Virus genome (UHGV): UHGV-1502588
Length of the DNA stretch: 35,059 bases
Source: a virus
Reading direction: 5' to 3' (one strand)
The notes beneath the pieces are model-generated. The model searched no databases. It was not told where the DNA came from and was given only the letters and a program-made list of their open reading frames with translations. The position numbers and the translations under genes are program-made. This document shows, in pieces, positions 32,783 to 35,059 of this stretch. Each line of letters begins with the position of its first letter. Positions within the stretch are counted from its first letter, which is position 1.

Positions 32783-33348
32783 TGACTTCCACAACTGCAA
32801 TTGCTATCGCTGCTGATATGTCTAAACTCCAGGCGCTTCTGGAAAACGAAGACGGTTCTGGTCTGTCAGCTGAAATGATCGCCGATACAATGGAGGGGCT
32901 CGAGCTGCAGCTCGGCGACAAACTGGACGCGGTATTCGTCCACGTTCGCAACCTTGAGGGTCTGGCGAAAACCTGCGACGAAGAAGCCAAACGCCTGGCC
33001 GCCCGTAAAAAGTCTTTCGAAGGTAAGATCACCAACCTGAAGAAATATGTTCTCCAGTGCCTTCTGGCCGCCGGACAGGATACTGTAAAAACGGCAAAAA
33101 ACACCTTCACCGCCCGTAAAGGTGCAATCAACGTGGTGATCGATAACGTTGATTTACTCCCGGATGAATTGGTGACCGTTCAGACAGTAGTTGCGCCTGA
33201 CAAAAAGGCAATAAAAGAAGCTATCGAGTCAGCAGAAGCGGCCGCAGCTCAGATTACCGCAGATGGTGGGGAAGTCCCGGAAGAACTCTTAAACCCGGTT
33301 CCGGGCGCCCACATTGAAATCGGCGAACGTTCACTGCAGGTACGCTGA
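32782..33348 (+). CDS. Gp157-family-like phage protein (frequently linked to recombination genes)
   Basis: 188 aa with a coiled-coil N-terminus (LQALLENEDG...LEGLAKTCDEEAKRLAARKKSFEGKITNLKKYV). The ATG overlaps the SSAP stop (ATAATGA). Confidence 0.45.
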   Translation: MTSTTAIAIAADMSKLQALLENEDGSGLSAEMIADTMEGLELQLGDKLDAVFVHVRNLEGLAKTCDEEAKRLAARKKSFEGKITNLKKYVLQCLLAAGQDTVKTAKNTFTARKGAINVVIDNVDLLPDELVTVQTVVAPDKKAIKEAIESAEAAAAQITADGGEVPEELLNPVPGAHIEIGERSLQVR

Positions 33349-33349
33349 T

Positions 33350-33535
33350 ATGCTGAGACTATCCCTGAAAAAAGGTGATGCGGTTCACGTCGTTTTACCA
33401 GATGGAACCAACGCAATTATCGAAGCGCGGGCCCGTTGCGAACTCGGCATGCACTTCCCCCGCAATATCAAGATAACGCGTGAAGATGGTGCATTCCGAC
33501 CGAAACAAAACCTGATTAAGCGTAATCAGAAATAA
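33350..33535 (+). CDS. Hypothetical 61-aa protein (faint CsrA-like beta-rich pattern)
   Basis: MLRLSLKKGDAVHVVLPDG...GMHFPRNIKITRED. Start 1 nt after the upstream stop (TGATATG). Confidence 0.35.
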   Translation: MLRLSLKKGDAVHVVLPDGTNAIIEARARCELGMHFPRNIKITREDGAFRPKQNLIKRNQK

Positions 33536-33584
33536 CCCATCACTACCGATAGCATTGTGGTCTACCAATAAACCGGAGATCACA

Positions 33585-33809
33585 ATGCTACGTTGGCAAC
33601 CAGGTGTAGTTTTACTTTCAGAATTCGATATCAAAATTGGCAGGCTATCAGCCAGCGTTAGAAAGAGGACTCTGACCCAGTCCGATATCCAGCGCGCTTG
33701 CGATGCAGCAGACAACGCTATAGCCGGCATGCTGAGGAAAGACCATGAGACACGATCACGACATCATCACCAGAGAGGAAATGATCGAGCTGACGGGGAC
33801 GCCACTTAA
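33585..33809 (+). CDS. Hypothetical small protein (C-terminal extent uncertain; overlaps the next gene)
   Basis: GGAG RBS 7 nt before the ATG. The frame overlaps the DUF4224 gene by 65 nt. Confidence 0.3.
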   Translation: MLRWQPGVVLLSEFDIKIGRLSASVRKRTLTQSDIQRACDAADNAIAGMLRKDHETRSRHHHQRGNDRADGDAT

Positions 33810-34008
33810 ATCAAAACAATGTGAGGCGCTGCGCCGGGCCGGCATCTTCTTTATGGAAAGAGCAGATGGCCACCCTAAAACCACATGGGGCCACTTCCTG
33901 AACCCGATCAAGTACCGCGGCCAGAAGGAAGATATAACGCACGAAAATGACGAACCTGATTTTGGAGCTATATTCGATGGCCGGAAAGCGAAAGAATCCT
34001 GCCGATAG
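33745..34008 (+). CDS. DUF4224-like small protein adjacent to the integrase (possible excision/recombination directionality factor)
   Basis: ITREEMIELTGTPLKSKQCEALRRAGIFFMERADGHP matches the conserved LTxEELxELTG...WLRxxGIPF...DGRP pattern of integrase-adjacent DUF4224 proteins. The GAGGAAAGACCATG cassette sits at its start. Confidence 0.55.
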   Translation: MRHDHDIITREEMIELTGTPLKSKQCEALRRAGIFFMERADGHPKTTWGHFLNPIKYRGQKEDITHENDEPDFGAIFDGRKAKESCR

Positions 34009-34993
34009 CTGGATGCCCCCGCGAGTATACCGGGGCAAGGCTGCATTTGAATTCCGTACGAAAGACAACAAAGGGATCCGCCTGTGTGGGTTAAATGAAC
34101 CACAATCCGCTGTATGGCTGGCATATGAAAAAGCTGTAGGTGAAGTGACAGAAAGAAAAACGTTCCAGGCGCTCACAGAGCAGTTTATGGCGTCTCCAGA
34201 CTGGCAGGATTTAGCGGCAGAAACCAGAAAAGACTATACGAAATACGCAGGAAAAGTGTTGCCAGTATTCGGGAAAGTTAACCCTGATAAAATTAAACCT
34301 GAACACATCCGGCGATATATGGATCAACGTGGTATTGCCAGTAAAACGCAGGCCAACCGGGAAAAGAGTTTTCTCTCGCGGGTATTCCGCTGGGGTTACG
34401 AGCGGGGTTACGTCCAGCACAATCCCTGCCAGGGCGTTAAGAAGTTCAAAGAGACAGCCCGAGAGCGTTACATCACCGACGAAGAATACAAAGCGGTTTA
34501 CGATGTGGCTCCTGACGTAGTGCGCGCCACCATGGAAATAGCTTATTTGTGTCTGGCCAGACAAAGCGATGTGCTGGCTTTAACTGAAGACCAGATACGG
34601 GAAACCGGGATATTTATCCGCCAGGGGAAAACAGGAGTGAAGCAAATCAAGGCATGGTCGCCACGCCTCCGCGCTGCCGTCGCCCTCGCCCGTTCCCTGC
34701 CGTTAAAGCCGGGTATCCGTAGCCTGTTCGTCATTCACCAGACCAGCGGCAGTAAATACACTCGCGACGGTTTTAATTCACGCTGGCGCGAAGCCAAAAT
34801 TGCAGCACAGGAGAAGTACCCACACCTGCAGATAGATTTCACATTTCACGATCTGAAGGCTAAAGGTGTCTCTGATCTGGAAGGAAGCCTCGAGGAGAAG
34901 CAGGCAATTTCTGGTCATAAGAATTCGAGACAAACGGCGATTTATGACAGGAAAACTAAAATTGTGCCGGTTGTTGGCGGTCAGAAAAAATGA
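33977..34993 (+). CDS. int: Tyrosine recombinase / phage integrase
   Basis: The C-terminal catalytic region has HDLKAKGVSD and TAIYDR (catalytic Tyr). Starts MAGKRKNP. Located next to the att end. Confidence 0.85.
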   Translation: MAGKRKNPADSWMPPRVYRGKAAFEFRTKDNKGIRLCGLNEPQSAVWLAYEKAVGEVTERKTFQALTEQFMASPDWQDLAAETRKDYTKYAGKVLPVFGKVNPDKIKPEHIRRYMDQRGIASKTQANREKSFLSRVFRWGYERGYVQHNPCQGVKKFKETARERYITDEEYKAVYDVAPDVVRATMEIAYLCLARQSDVLALTEDQIRETGIFIRQGKTGVKQIKAWSPRLRAAVALARSLPLKPGIRSLFVIHQTSGSKYTRDGFNSRWREAKIAAQEKYPHLQIDFTFHDLKAKGVSDLEGSLEEKQAISGHKNSRQTAIYDRKTKIVPVVGGQKK

Positions 34994-35009
34994 ATCGCTA
35001 TGCGTTCGT

Positions 35010-35059
35010 AGAAAAACCATCTTCGGACGCATCTTCGGAAATGACGCTTCGGAAATGAA
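35010..35059. repeat. Three direct CTTCGGA(A) repeats 3' of the integrase (putative arm-type integrase binding sites); an inverted copy TTCCGAA lies at 164..170 near the left att
   Basis: ATCTTCGGAcgcATCTTCGGAAatgacgCTTCGGAAatgaa. Read directly. Confidence 0.3.

Larger units (their letters stand above)
64..35059. mobile_element. Integrated prophage (about 35 kb or more) combining a lambdoid lysogeny/replication module with a T7-like virion module; the right boundary lies beyond the window
   Basis: Partial tRNA core at the left end and a tyrosine integrase at the right end. Between them lie repressor/cro, replication, virion and lysis genes. Positions 1..63 look like host sequence (the tRNA operon terminator). 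Confidence 0.85.

Noticed and set aside
33314-33349. The upstream extension of the 73-aa ORF, starting at 33314.
   Set aside because: It overlaps the end of the Gp157-like gene by 35 nt. The internal Met at 33350 sits 1 nt after that gene's stop, which is a more plausible coupled start.

Overview
Nearly the whole window (about 64 to past 35059) is one integrated prophage. It sits at a tRNA-Leu(UAA) attachment site: a 55-nt 3' fragment of the tRNA at 64..118 on the minus strand, with a host terminator hairpin at 1..21. The tyrosine integrase is at the far right end, and the intact tRNA copy should lie just beyond the window.

The element is a mosaic of two phage types. The right third (about 22.5 to 35 kb) is a lambdoid-type lysogeny and replication module. 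It has a divergent pair of a CI-like HTH repressor with no S24 cleavage domain and a Cro/YdaS-like protein, separated by TTATTAATATT operators over TTGACN-17-TAATAT promoters. Leftward from there run YdaT-like, an O-like initiator with internal iterons, a DnaB helicase, Dam and MT-A70 methyltransferases, DUF1367 and a YbcO-like nuclease. Rightward run a 725-aa Rad52/Sak-type annealing protein, Gp157, DUF4224 and the integrase.

The left two thirds (about 0.25 to 20.7 kb, all on the minus strand) are a T7-like (Autographiviridae-type) morphogenesis module. In order: portal, scaffold, capsid, tail tubular A and B, gp14-like, two large internal virion proteins (one with an SLT domain), small and large terminase (T7 gp19-like), and a tailspike with a T7 gp17-like N-terminus and a beta-helix depolymerase C-terminus. 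The module ends in a phage-21-type lysis cassette (dual-start pinholin, SAR endolysin, overlapping Rz/Rz1). No phage RNA polymerase gene is present.

Features worth a second look:
- An 18-bp motif, TTAGTCRGGATTCCGACC, occurs four times, each directly 5' of a late transcription unit.
- An exact T7 promoter core 10-mer lies in front of the first morphogenesis gene.
- A GNAT acetyltransferase occupies the gp13 slot.
- An AT-rich secreted-protein moron sits on the opposite strand.
- A near-consensus LexA box overlaps a perfect -10 in front of a small gene, pointing to SOS-controlled antirepression.
- A repeated gene-start cassette (GCGCyTGACCwGCG ... GAGGAAAGACCAATG) recurs at several early genes and in an intergenic GGAAAGACC array.
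- Putative integrase arm-type TTCGGAA repeats flank both ends.

All calls rest on reading the sequence and on remembered protein-family signatures. No database search was run.
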